Below, piece after piece: positions 27,401-36,171 of a stretch of 44,734 bases of DNA (within the stretch, counting starts at the first letter, position 1; the number at the start of each line of letters is the position of its first letter). Source of the stretch: Chloroflexota bacterium (GTDB lineage Bacteria; Chloroflexota; Anaerolineae; Anaerolineales; UBA11579). The stretch is from positions 1-44,734 of the forward strand of contig JABJGH010000001.1 of the NCBI GenBank assembly GCA_018662365.1, in the 5' to 3' direction. The notes beneath the pieces were generated by a model, which searched no databases, was not told where the DNA came from, and saw only the letters and a program-made list of their open reading frames with translations. Position numbers and translations under genes: made by a program.

Positions 27401-28096
27401 GAGCGATTGCAGGTCGTCTCGGGAATTTCTGAAGAATTAGAGCAAACTCTTAAAAGTAAACGGATGCAATTAAGGCGAATGGGATCCATTAATCCTGAGG
27501 CACACCAAGAGTATTTGGATGTTAAGGAGAGATTTGGGTTTATGACGACCCAAGTTGAAGACCTTGAACAAGCCGAAAAAGATATAAGGGAAGTCATTGC
27601 AGAATTAGATGCATTAATGGGTAGGGAATTTAGAAAAACCTTTGAAGTGGTTGCAATGGAATTTAAAAATATTTTTGCTAGATTGTTTAAGGGTGGATCT
27701 GCAAAACTAATGTTGACCGACGAAGAAAATATGGACGAAACAGGAGTAGATATCGAAGCTCGCCTTCCTGGCAAGCGAATGCAGCGGCTTGCACTCTTGT
27801 CTGGTGGGGAGCGAGCAATGACAGCGGTTGCATTGGTTTTTGCGCTTCTAAAGGCTTCCCCGACTCCTTTTTGTGTGATGGACGAAGTTGATGCTGCTTT
27901 AGATGAAGCAAATATTAGTCGATTGCGGGAATTATTAGAGGAGCTTTCCAAAGACACCCAGTTTGTGCTAATTACTCACAATCGAAATACAGTTCAAATT
28001 GCCGATCTTATTTATGGGATCACAATGGGAAAAGATACTGCCAGCCAAACAATTTCGTTAAAGCTCGAGGAAGTGGATGATCGATACTCTAGTTAG
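24491..28096 (+). CDS. smc: chromosome segregation protein SMC
   Basis: Walker A GPNGSGKSN is at the N-terminus. Long coiled coils flank a hinge. The C-terminus carries the LSGGE signature and Walker B (CVMDEVDAALD). GTG start with GAGG SD. rnc-smc linkage is conserved. Confidence 0.9.
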   Translation: MSYHLKSLELNGYKTFASKSKFDFSGNITAVVGPNGSGKSNIADSLRWVLGEQSYSLLRGRKTDDMIFAGSESRPRSSMASVKVTFDNSDGWLPIDFSEVSITRRAYRDGQNEYLLNNQRVRLRDVSELLSKSGLAERTYTVIGQGLVDTALSLKADERRRLFEEAAGIGLYRKRKDLSIRRLDKTKRNIERVQDILAELAPRLKSLERQSRRAQEYDHVRADLKEILREWYGYHWHLGQREFRSAKEGAARQEKILIESRNNQSDKDQELVLVRNNVNSLRARLNSWHRQLAQIHTKREETSRNLAVNNERTRSLIERQSQLNLDNNSLRKEYELQNQKLEEAKKQVARIESEKVDAENNGLKANNILDKLKGDRQSAENELELIQRNYSQLNARNIELTALEKDLVGRIEGHSSSKAETQIAFDQAKQAYENAMKNLELAANNLANSENELLDIEQKLNDKRENLESLEEDFTQQTSELNKSESSFARFKAQHEVLTDAEKSLSGYAEGAKLLLNASQKGKLLGTKGALNAKIKVSSEFEQAIASALGEYLDAVILNSSGDTEKALEILENNPAKATLLPISQIVPDSPIMVKSFPGNYGVAADLVDAPAEFRPVIDLLLGQVLIVKDRGLAKRVIHDLEPGSRVVTLRGEVFHSNGTILINGDAGAATLSRPRVLHELMGKIQTTQKSIGKLKNNLNQLSEQREISKDDISVFNKDIAEKNKLVKILRSKHHRLNLETEQVKNSSEWHANQLKILDENAKSAKNQIVNIKQEKENILKEVELADSEIRSQTTQVGELDLGEFTNQVSHWEKRVAVISSEYKDANRALSERNNIVSQHRESLENLKGQQDVVDKELNEIVDSVSSMRTSETGISGQIAEIQILIDPAEAELQELEAKQIILESEESKSRQSLNMAERYHSQAQITLAKKQESLDTLRQRIEDDFGLVEFEYEQDVSGPTPLPLGGKLVERLQVVSGISEELEQTLKSKRMQLRRMGSINPEAHQEYLDVKERFGFMTTQVEDLEQAEKDIREVIAELDALMGREFRKTFEVVAMEFKNIFARLFKGGSAKLMLTDEENMDETGVDIEARLPGKRMQRLALLSGGERAMTAVALVFALLKASPTPFCVMDEVDAALDEANISRLRELLEELSKDTQFVLITHNRNTVQIADLIYGITMGKDTASQTISLKLEEVDDRYSS

Positions 28097-28159
28097 AACT
28101 TTTTCAATAGATTTCCGTATTAAATATTAAAAGAAAGAATTATTATATGGAGATAACAA

Positions 28160-28357
28160 ATGAACACAAAAACAAAACGACTATTGAGACGATCAAGGAC
28201 AAATACGGTTTTCGCGGGTGTGGCGGGTGGTTTGGGAGAATTCTTCGGAATCAATCCATTTTGGTTTAGACTAGCCCTAATTATTGCTTTTATCCCTGGT
28301 GGAATTCCTGGATTGGCTACTTACCTAATCTTATGGTTGATCATTCCTGTTGATTAA
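28160..28357 (+). CDS. PspC-domain membrane protein (stand-alone)
   Basis: RS.TN.VFAGVAGGLGEFFGINP...RLALII is the PspC domain pattern. GGAG SD is present. Confidence 0.7.
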   Translation: MNTKTKRLLRRSRTNTVFAGVAGGLGEFFGINPFWFRLALIIAFIPGGIPGLATYLILWLIIPVD

Positions 28358-28417
28358 ACAAATTTAACGAACAATCGGAAATTAATATATGTGGACGGAG
28401 AAAAATCTCTGGTACAT

Positions 28418-28570
28418 CTATTTTATTTGCTTAATGAGTTGCCATATAACTATAGCTAGCCAAATTACCGCTAACCCTAAACCAAGGGGCCATTTGACAA
28501 ATGAGAGCAAGATTAGGACAATAACAAAAGCAATTGCAACTCGGAATTTAATAGCTGTTTCTAACTTCAT
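28418..28570 (-). CDS. candidate 50-aa hydrophobic small membrane protein
   Basis: Minus-strand ORF MKLETAIKFRVAIAFVIVLILLSFVKWPLGLGLAVIWLAIVIWQLIKQIK has two clean TM-like helices. The overlapping plus-strand ORF 28389..28601 has implausible composition. Confidence 0.3.
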   Translation of the reverse strand: MKLETAIKFRVAIAFVIVLILLSFVKWPLGLGLAVIWLAIVIWQLIKQIK

Positions 28571-28645
28571 GGCCAATTATCCTAAAATTATAAATCCATA
28601 AATTTTCTGTATGAGGATTTTCGTAATCGCTTATAATTATTTTAT

Positions 28646-30388
28646 ATGAATATAATAATTCTACCAGACGAAGTTGCCTCCCAAATTGCAGCAGGAGAGG
28701 TAGTTGAAAGGCCTGCTTCTGTCGTAAAGGAATTGATTGAAAATTCAATTGATGCTGGAGCTTCAGAAATAAATATAAGTATTTTAGAGGCTGGAAAAAA
28801 ACTAATCGAAATTTCTGATAATGGGGAAGGGATAGAAAGGACCCAATTAATTACGGCTTTGGCCCGCCATGCAACTAGCAAATTGCGGGATGCAAATGAC
28901 CTCTATAAAATTAGCACTTTGGGTTTTCGAGGGGAGGCATTGGCATCTATTGCTTCGGTTTCAAGGTTCTCAATCACATCTCGCACTAAGAATTCTTTAG
29001 AGGGTGGGCGAGTGATAGTGGAAGGGGGAACCGGCGGGAAACTTGAGGATATAGGAACAACAGTTGGAACTTTGATTAGGGTGGAAGATCTATTTTACAA
29101 TGTGCCAGCGAGATTAAAATTTCTAAAAAAAGACCCAACCGAAAAAAGGCAAATCGATGCATTTGTAACGAGATATGCCATGGCATATCCCGAAATCCGA
29201 TTCCGCTTAACTCAAGATAATAAAATCACTTTTCAGACAAGTGGAAATGGAGATAAACGAGAAATTTTATCTTCTCTATACAACCCGGAAATTGCAAAAC
29301 AAATGCTGGTCGTGGATTCAGGTTTTGATCAAATAAGCATTAAAGGGTTTATAAGCCCAACAAATCTAACAAGATCCAATCGGCAAGCCATCACGTTTTT
29401 TGTCAATGGGCGTTGGGTGCAAGATACTGCTCTCACCTCTGCCTTAATACAGGCGTACCGCACCATGTTAATGGTGGGGCGGTATCCAATGGCAGTGATT
29501 TTTTTAGAAGTTCCCCCAGAATTGGTGGATGTGAATATCCACCCAGCAAAATCAGAAGTTCGGTTTATGGATCAAGGTGCAATCTTTAGGGGGGTTCAGG
29601 GTGCCGTCAAACGAGCCTTATTAGCTTTCACCCCAGTCCCTGAACTTCAAAATCAACTCCGCTGGTCATCGATGGCTGAAACAATAAATTCTGAATTTGA
29701 CCAAGGTATTAAACCTCCACCTATAGGAACACTAGATGATGATTCTGCAAAATCGGTAGATGGACCTATTGACAAGGGTGATCAAAATCCGTTACCAGTA
29801 GAAGGGGTTCCATTATTGAGACAAATTGGACAAGTGGGCGCTTCATTCATTGTGGCTGAAGGTCCCGACGGTTTATATCTGGTTGATCAACATGCAGCTC
29901 ATGAAAGAATTCTTTTCGAAAAATTCATGAAAATGCAAAAAGATAAAATTCCCTCTCAAGCATTATTAGACCCAATAACCATTACTTTGTCAGCTGAAGA
30001 ATCTAACCTTTTAGAAGATAATTTACCGGTTATGGGGAAATTAGGGTTTGTAATTGAATCCTTTGGTCCAAAAACGTTCAGGATTTTATCTATGCCGTCT
30101 TTATTAATTGGAAGTGATCCCGAGAGGGCCTTGCGTGTAGTCATAGAAGATTTTGAAGAAGATGAGAAGCCGTTCCATGACCAGATCGAGGCAAAGATCA
30201 TTGCCCGAGTGTGTAAACGTTCGGCTGTAAAAGCCGGGAAGATATTATCTACCGATGAGCAGAAGGCTCTACTTTTAGACCTCGAAGCCTGTTCTTCTCC
30301 GCGCACTTGCCCCCACGGAAGGCCGACTATGATTCATTTGTCAATTAATCTGTTGGAACGTCAATTTGGCCGAAAGGGTGCAAGATAG
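28646..30388 (+). CDS. mutL: DNA mismatch repair protein MutL
   Basis: The GHKL ATPase N-terminus (ASQIAAGEVVERPASVVKELIENSIDAGA) and the C-terminal dimerisation domain are present. Confidence 0.9.
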   Translation: MNIIILPDEVASQIAAGEVVERPASVVKELIENSIDAGASEINISILEAGKKLIEISDNGEGIERTQLITALARHATSKLRDANDLYKISTLGFRGEALASIASVSRFSITSRTKNSLEGGRVIVEGGTGGKLEDIGTTVGTLIRVEDLFYNVPARLKFLKKDPTEKRQIDAFVTRYAMAYPEIRFRLTQDNKITFQTSGNGDKREILSSLYNPEIAKQMLVVDSGFDQISIKGFISPTNLTRSNRQAITFFVNGRWVQDTALTSALIQAYRTMLMVGRYPMAVIFLEVPPELVDVNIHPAKSEVRFMDQGAIFRGVQGAVKRALLAFTPVPELQNQLRWSSMAETINSEFDQGIKPPPIGTLDDDSAKSVDGPIDKGDQNPLPVEGVPLLRQIGQVGASFIVAEGPDGLYLVDQHAAHERILFEKFMKMQKDKIPSQALLDPITITLSAEESNLLEDNLPVMGKLGFVIESFGPKTFRILSMPSLLIGSDPERALRVVIEDFEEDEKPFHDQIEAKIIARVCKRSAVKAGKILSTDEQKALLLDLEACSSPRTCPHGRPTMIHLSINLLERQFGRKGAR

Positions 30389-31174
30389 TTAGTTTAGAAT
30401 TCCTTGAGCAATAGAAGGCAAAACGTCCGCAAGATCTTCTCTAATTATTATATCTGCACGACTATCTATATAAGTGGGGGATTGGTTGATAATGATCATT
30501 TTTGCACCATGAGCCAATGCAGAATAGGGAAGATTAGAAACGGGTTTAACCTCTAGCGAGGATCCAACAACAATTAGTAAGTCACAATTTTTAATTGCTT
30601 TAGCAGCTCGATTCCAAATTTTTACAGGAAGTTGTTCTTCAAATAATATTACATCTGGTTTTAGGGTTTGTTTACAGGATGAACAAAGGGGAATCTCTCC
30701 TGTTTCAATATAATTGATTAAAAATCGCTCAGATTCGAATTTTTCATAACAACTTGTGCAGGTCATTCCTAGAGTTGTCCCGTGAACCTCATGGACATTT
30801 TTAGACCCTGCCTTTTGATGAAGGACATCAATATTTTGAGTGATGATTTCTTGTATATATCCTCTTTTTTCTAGCTCAGCTAGGGCAAGATGCGCCGGAT
30901 TTGGGGCTGCTTCGTAAATAGTTTTTGCCATAGGGCGAAACCAATTAAAAAACTTCGAGGGTGTAATTCTGAAAACTGATAAAGAGGCAACTTCCATCGG
31001 ATCAAATTCTTCCCAAAGACCGCCTGAAGTAGAGCGGAAATCTGGGATTCCGGAAGGGGTAGATATGCCAGCCCCTGACAATACGACGGCGTGTTTTGAA
31101 TTTTTGATCAAATTCGCAGATTCTGTGATTAACAAATTAATCCATCGATCCTTTCTGAATGATTTCTTCAGCAA
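30389..31174 (-). CDS. cobB: NAD-dependent protein deacylase, Sir2/CobB family
   Basis: GAGIST.SGIPDFRS, a Zn tetrad (C..C...C..C) and the HG motif are present. The annotated start overlaps the upstream REC-ATPase gene by 38 nt; an internal TTG would reduce the overlap. Confidence 0.8.
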   Translation of the reverse strand: MLKKSFRKDRWINLLITESANLIKNSKHAVVLSGAGISTPSGIPDFRSTSGGLWEEFDPMEVASLSVFRITPSKFFNWFRPMAKTIYEAAPNPAHLALAELEKRGYIQEIITQNIDVLHQKAGSKNVHEVHGTTLGMTCTSCYEKFESERFLINYIETGEIPLCSSCKQTLKPDVILFEEQLPVKIWNRAAKAIKNCDLLIVVGSSLEVKPVSNLPYSALAHGAKMIIINQSPTYIDSRADIIIREDLADVLPSIAQGILN

Positions 31175-32300
31175 TACTCATAATTTGTTGGGCATAAATA
31201 CTTTCTGGGAGAAGGGTAATCAAAGGCTTGCCCCTGGAAATAGCAGAGAACGTGTCTTCTGGGGAGGGCGAAATGATGAAATCAATTTCCATTTCTAAAT
31301 CTTTTTCAGCATCAGAAGGGGATACATTAGTTTCAGATCGATGTCGATTTATCAGAACTATGCTGATAGCATCGCCATTTACACCAAGCTGCGATATGCC
31401 CTTCACTAGCTCCTTGGTTTGCTTAAGAGTCCATGGATAGGGTTCGGTAATGATCAGTACTTCATCGCATTCTTTTAATACAGAATTATTTGTTTTCGAT
31501 AACCCTGATCCGAGGTCGATGAGCGTATATTCATTAATTTCGCTGAGGTGGGTGGTAATATTTTCGAAATGCTTTGAATTCTCTTGAAAAACACCATTCA
31601 TAGAATTAATCGATGATAACAATAAATCAATCCCGGATCCATCCCTGATAAGTTGCTCTTTTACACCATCATTATTGATTTCTTCAAATGGGGTGTCTAG
31701 CAAATCTCGGAGGCTACTCCCTTCTTGGTGGCCTAAGAACAACCCCAAAGATCCGCTACCAGGGCGGAACTCAGTCAGGCTAACCGATTTTTCAAAGGTT
31801 TTACGAATTGCAACTGATAAATTGATCGCCAATGTGGTTGATCCGAGTCCGCCTTTGGTTGAAACGATTCCAATTAACTTGCCCTGTTTTACGTTTTTTT
31901 CTGTTTCTATTAATTCCAGATTATTATTTTCAGATTTTTCTAATGCCGCTTCTACTCTCGAAACAAGTTCAGTAGGATGCGTAGGCTTAGTTAAATAATC
32001 ATCTGCCCCTGCTTCATACCCGATTACTTTATCATCCGCTTGTGATTTTGCTGAAAAAAGTATTATGGGCACTATAGATGTTTCTTCTATTGCTCTTAAG
32101 CGTCTCGTTACTTCATACCCGTCAATTCCCGGCATCATAATATCGAGAATAATTAAATCAGGAATTTTATTTTCTGTGATTTGCAGAGCTTTTTCGCCAT
32201 TGTTTGCAGCAATGATTTCATACCCTTTTTGTTCCAACATAGTGCCAACTAACTGGAGGGTATCAATATCATCATCTACAATTAAAATTGATTTATTCAT
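31137..32300 (-). CDS. response-regulator receiver fused to ParA/MinD-like (CpaE/TadZ-type) P-loop domain with Walker-A lysine replaced
   Basis: The N-terminal REC domain carries the phospho-acceptor context DLIILDIMMPGIDG. The C-terminal P-loop domain reads GIVSTKGGLGSTTLAINLS, with Ser in place of the second Lys of KGGxGK[ST]. Confidence 0.65.
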   Translation of the reverse strand: MNKSILIVDDDIDTLQLVGTMLEQKGYEIIAANNGEKALQITENKIPDLIILDIMMPGIDGYEVTRRLRAIEETSIVPIILFSAKSQADDKVIGYEAGADDYLTKPTHPTELVSRVEAALEKSENNNLELIETEKNVKQGKLIGIVSTKGGLGSTTLAINLSVAIRKTFEKSVSLTEFRPGSGSLGLFLGHQEGSSLRDLLDTPFEEINNDGVKEQLIRDGSGIDLLLSSINSMNGVFQENSKHFENITTHLSEINEYTLIDLGSGLSKTNNSVLKECDEVLIITEPYPWTLKQTKELVKGISQLGVNGDAISIVLINRHRSETNVSPSDAEKDLEMEIDFIISPSPEDTFSAISRGKPLITLLPESIYAQQIMSIAEEIIQKGSMD

Positions 32301-32411
32301 AATAAATCTCCACCTTAAATAATTTCAAAAAAAAAATAATTTCGGTCAATAAATATGATCAATTAAACGAGTATTTTTCAATTATATCAATTAAAGTCCA
32401 TTTTCAACTAC

Positions 32412-32426
32412 ACAAGATGCTATAAT
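32412..32426 (+). promoter_or_regulatory. extended -10 promoter (TGcTATAAT) 11 nt upstream of tilS ATG (near-leaderless)
   Basis: TGCTATAAT lies at 32418-32426. The ATG is at 32438 with no SD. Confidence 0.4.
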
Positions 32427-32437
32427 CTTCAATTGCC

Positions 32438-33865
32438 ATGTTAGAGAATATTTCCAGATCACTCACTGATTGCTATGCAAATAAAGAATCCCCACTTGTT
32501 GTAGGTGTTTCTGGGGGTCCTGACAGCATCGTATTACTCCACACCCTAAATCAATTAGGTTTCCAGTTAATCGTAGCCCATTTAGACCATAAACTAAGAG
32601 AAGAATCTGGAGCGGATTCCAAGTATGTAGAGGAAATTGCGACGGAATTGAAAATCCCTTTTATTTGCTCTGAAGTGGATACGATAACAATTTCAAAAGA
32701 AGAAAAAAAATCCTTGGAAGAGACCGCTCGGAACCTTAGATACCAATTTTTATTTAAGATTGCAAATCAAGAAAATGCGCATGCTGTTGCGGTTGGTCAT
32801 ACTGCAGATGACCAAGCAGAAACAGTGTTAATGCATATGTTAAGAGGAAGTGGACTATCGGGTATCAAGGGAATGAGTGTAAGAAGTTTGACGGGATGGG
32901 ATAATAAAATCCCCCTTGTTAGACCTTTACTTAATGTATACCGAAGTGAAGTGGAAGCATTTTGTCAGGATAATAATATTTTTCCTAAAATCGACAAAAC
33001 AAATTTTGAATCTAAATATCATAGAAACAAAATCCGAAATGAACTTTTTCCTATTTTGGAGGAATATAACCCGAACATAAAAAATAAATTAGTTTCTTTA
33101 TCGAAAATTGCAACCGAAGACTATAAAGTGATTTTGGAAATTGTTGATAAAGAGTGGGTTGAATTGGTAGATATTTCAGAAGAAGAATGTATCAAAATCC
33201 CAATGGATCGTTTCAATTCTAAAAAATTGTCTATAAAACGAATGCTAATCCGTAAATCATTTGAGTATTTAAAATCAGACTCTAATAATATTCAATTTAC
33301 GGATATTGAAAGGTCAATTAAGCATATTGCAAATCCCTCTAAGGGTCAGATTCAACAGATCACTTCGGATATCTTTATCCAAATCCATGAAAATATTATT
33401 TATATTTTCCGTGATGGATATCAAATTCAGTTTACTGATTTTCCCAGAATAGAAGATGCCACAGATTTATTTGAGGGTAGCGGAAGCATTAAAATTAATG
33501 CAAATTGGAATTTAGAATTTGAAGAAAGGACTTTTTCTGAGCTTTCATTCGAGGAAATAAAAAATAACAAAGATCCATATACAGCTCATCTAGATAAAGA
33601 ATTGTTGGATGAGGGATTACTGCTCAGGCCACCTCAGGAGGGGGATTATTTTCAGCCACTGGGCATGGGCGGCAAAGGAATGAAACTATTTGATTTCTTC
33701 ATTAATGAGAAAATTTATCGTGGAGACAGAAAACATTGGCCTTTGTTGTGTACTATGAATAATGATATTATTTGGGTGGTTGGGCAAAGAATATCTCACC
33801 CATATAGGGTAACGGGAAAAACGAAAAAAGTACTGTTGGTAAAAGGAATCAAAACGAATGAATAA
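32438..33865 (+). CDS. tilS: tRNA(Ile)-lysidine synthetase TilS
   Basis: PP-loop SGGPDS and a TilS-type C-terminal domain are present. Confidence 0.85.
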   Translation: MLENISRSLTDCYANKESPLVVGVSGGPDSIVLLHTLNQLGFQLIVAHLDHKLREESGADSKYVEEIATELKIPFICSEVDTITISKEEKKSLEETARNLRYQFLFKIANQENAHAVAVGHTADDQAETVLMHMLRGSGLSGIKGMSVRSLTGWDNKIPLVRPLLNVYRSEVEAFCQDNNIFPKIDKTNFESKYHRNKIRNELFPILEEYNPNIKNKLVSLSKIATEDYKVILEIVDKEWVELVDISEEECIKIPMDRFNSKKLSIKRMLIRKSFEYLKSDSNNIQFTDIERSIKHIANPSKGQIQQITSDIFIQIHENIIYIFRDGYQIQFTDFPRIEDATDLFEGSGSIKINANWNLEFEERTFSELSFEEIKNNKDPYTAHLDKELLDEGLLLRPPQEGDYFQPLGMGGKGMKLFDFFINEKIYRGDRKHWPLLCTMNNDIIWVVGQRISHPYRVTGKTKKVLLVKGIKTNE

Positions 33866-34778
33866 GAAAGTGTTTATGACGTTAATTTTATGTTTTGTTC
33901 TTATAACGGCAGGTTGTAGTTCAGGGTTATTTGAGGATGAGGTTTTACGAATTGCAACAACAACAAGTTTAGATAATTCTGGACTTTTGGCTTTATTGGT
34001 TCCGGATTTTGAGTATGAATACGAGGTCGAAGTTGAGATTATTGCAGTAGGTACTGGCCAAGCCTTAGCCCTTGGAGAAAATGGGGATGTGGACTTAGTT
34101 TTAGTACATGCACCAGAATTGGAAATTGCCTTTGTTGATTCTGGTTATGGGACTGAAAGGCACGTGATTATGTACAATGATTTTATAATTTTAGGACCTG
34201 AAAGTGATCCTGCTAATATTTCAAACCTTCCTCTAAGTGCCGACGCTATAACAAAAATTTCTGAATCAAATTCGATTTTTGTTTCTCGGGGAGATAACTC
34301 AGGTACGCATTTCAAAGAAAATCAAATTTGGGCAGATGCGGGTTTAGATCCAGATCAGAATGGCGAATGGTATAACTCGGTGGGACAAGGGATGGGTGCT
34401 TCACTGGTTATTGCGAATGAAAAGGAAGGCTATATTCTCTCAGATCGCGGCACATATCTTTCTCAAAAAGAAAATTTGCCAAATTTAGTAGTTCTTTTTG
34501 GCGGAGACTCTTCCGATAAAAACCCAGATTTGTTATTGCAAAATATATATAGTGTTATACCCATTAATCCTGAAAAATTTGAAAATGTTAATGCCGATCT
34601 TTCTGATTTATTTGTTGAATGGATTTCTTCTATAGAAATCCAAAATCAAATAGGTGAATTTGGGGTTAGCGAATTTGGAATTCCTTTATTTTATTCAAAC
34701 TCAACTGAGTGGATTTCAAGTAATTCTTTATATATAGAACCACAGGATAATTTAAAGCAAGAAAATAATTCCGGTTGA
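33858..34778 (+). CDS. tupA: tungstate/molybdate-type ABC transporter substrate-binding lipoprotein
   Basis: Lipobox ITAGC is present. The sequence is similar to TupA/WtpA-type periplasmic binding proteins (TTTS...SG......F....G.........G.GQA......G..D..L.H...). It overlaps tilS by 8 nt. Confidence 0.6.
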   Translation: MNKKVFMTLILCFVLITAGCSSGLFEDEVLRIATTTSLDNSGLLALLVPDFEYEYEVEVEIIAVGTGQALALGENGDVDLVLVHAPELEIAFVDSGYGTERHVIMYNDFIILGPESDPANISNLPLSADAITKISESNSIFVSRGDNSGTHFKENQIWADAGLDPDQNGEWYNSVGQGMGASLVIANEKEGYILSDRGTYLSQKENLPNLVVLFGGDSSDKNPDLLLQNIYSVIPINPEKFENVNADLSDLFVEWISSIEIQNQIGEFGVSEFGIPLFYSNSTEWISSNSLYIEPQDNLKQENNSG

Positions 34779-34802
34779 ATAAATAAGGTAAAAAAATTCT
34801 TT

Positions 34803-35450
34803 ATGGTCAATAATGAATTACTTGAAATAATCTTCCTTACCCTCCGAGTGAGCGGTTCAGCCTTGGCAATTGCCTGCGTTTTAGGAATCCCATTTGGGTT
34901 AATTCTAGGATCGGAAGAATTTAGGGGAAAAAAAATAATTCAATTATTGATTTCTACAGGAATGGGATTGCCCCCTGTAGTGGTAGGATTGGTTGTATAC
35001 CTGCTGCTTTCTAATCAAGGTCCCCTCGGTACTATAAACTGGTTATTCTCTCCTTCCGGTATGATTCTCTCGCAAAGCATTCTGGCATTTCCACTAGCAG
35101 CAGGATTTACAAGTAGTGCAATTGCTGCTGTTTCCCCTAAACTGATCATACAAATAAGGTCAATGGGAACTACATCCTGGCAAGAAAAAATAACTATATT
35201 TAGTCAGGCACGAAATGGAATCATCGCTGCTGTCCTCGCAGCATTTGGGAGAATAATCTCTGAAGTGGGGGCGGTTATGTTGGTGGGGGGTAATATTGAA
35301 GGCCATACAAGGGTACTTAGCACGGCAATTGTTTTGGAGACAAGACAGGGAAAATTTGCTTTTGCATTATCTCTCGGGTTTGTATTACTGGGAATTGCGC
35401 TTCTAGCTAATTCTTTAACATATTATTTTGGTGGCCAATGGGAAAAATGA
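34803..35450 (+). CDS. tupB: ABC transporter permease (TupB-like)
   Basis: Six-TM permease with an EAA-like loop. Its stop overlaps the next start. Confidence 0.65.
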   Translation: MVNNELLEIIFLTLRVSGSALAIACVLGIPFGLILGSEEFRGKKIIQLLISTGMGLPPVVVGLVVYLLLSNQGPLGTINWLFSPSGMILSQSILAFPLAAGFTSSAIAAVSPKLIIQIRSMGTTSWQEKITIFSQARNGIIAAVLAAFGRIISEVGAVMLVGGNIEGHTRVLSTAIVLETRQGKFAFALSLGFVLLGIALLANSLTYYFGGQWEK

Positions 35451-36169
35451 CACCTAACAATATTTTCAAAATTGAAAACCTTGAAAAAAAATATGGAGAA
35501 AGAAAAGTTGTTGATATAAAAAATATCTACGTCAATAACGGTGATTTCTTTGTCATAGTGGGGCCGAGCGGGGCTGGGAAATCAACATTTTTAAGATTGT
35601 TGAAATATTTGGAAGAACCAACTAACGGAGATATTTATTTTGAAGGAAAAAAACTTTCAAACCCTCTGGATGTAAATATTCAAAGAAGTATTTCAATGGT
35701 TTTTCAAAGACCTGAATTTCTTAAACGTTCGGTTTTTGAAAATGTTGAATTCCCCCTATGGATTCGAGGCAAAAAAGATAATGAAAAGGTTGAAAAAGTG
35801 TTGGGTCAAGTGGATATTGGAAATTTGATTCGAGAGAAAACCAGCAGTTTGTCTGGCGGGGAATTGCAGAGGCTGGCCCTTGCTCGGGCTATGGTTGTAG
35901 ATCCTAAAGTTTTACTCTTAGATGAGCCAACAGCAAACCTTGACCCATATAATGTTGAATTAATTGAAAAGATTGTCTTGAATTTAAATAAAGCTGGAAA
36001 GACCATAGTAATGGTGACTCATAATGTATTTCAAGCAAAAAGGTTGGCTAGCTCGGCGGGCTTGTTATTAAACGGAAAATTGGTTGAAGTTGGTTCTGCT
36101 GACACATTTTTTAATACTCCAAAAGATGCTAGAGTCAAAGATTTTCTTGAAGGTCGAATGGTTTATTAA
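35438..36169 (+). CDS. tupC: ABC transporter ATP-binding protein (TupC-like)
   Basis: Walker A GPSGAGKST, the LSGGE signature and Walker B LLLDEPT are present. Confidence 0.75.
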   Translation: MGKMTPNNIFKIENLEKKYGERKVVDIKNIYVNNGDFFVIVGPSGAGKSTFLRLLKYLEEPTNGDIYFEGKKLSNPLDVNIQRSISMVFQRPEFLKRSVFENVEFPLWIRGKKDNEKVEKVLGQVDIGNLIREKTSSLSGGELQRLALARAMVVDPKVLLLDEPTANLDPYNVELIEKIVLNLNKAGKTIVMVTHNVFQAKRLASSAGLLLNGKLVEVGSADTFFNTPKDARVKDFLEGRMVY

Positions 36170-36171
36170 TC

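Noticed and set aside
28389-28601. 70-aa plus-strand ORF from the track.
   Set aside because: Its sequence is not protein-like. The opposite strand encodes a far more convincing 50-aa two-TM peptide.
30389-31174. SIR2-domain protein as a possible defence effector (Thoeris ThsA / DSR-like).
   Set aside because: It has the full canonical CobB architecture (Rossmann GAGIS, Zn-ribbon Cys tetrad, catalytic His) and no SLOG/TIR/STING partner. It is a housekeeping deacylase.
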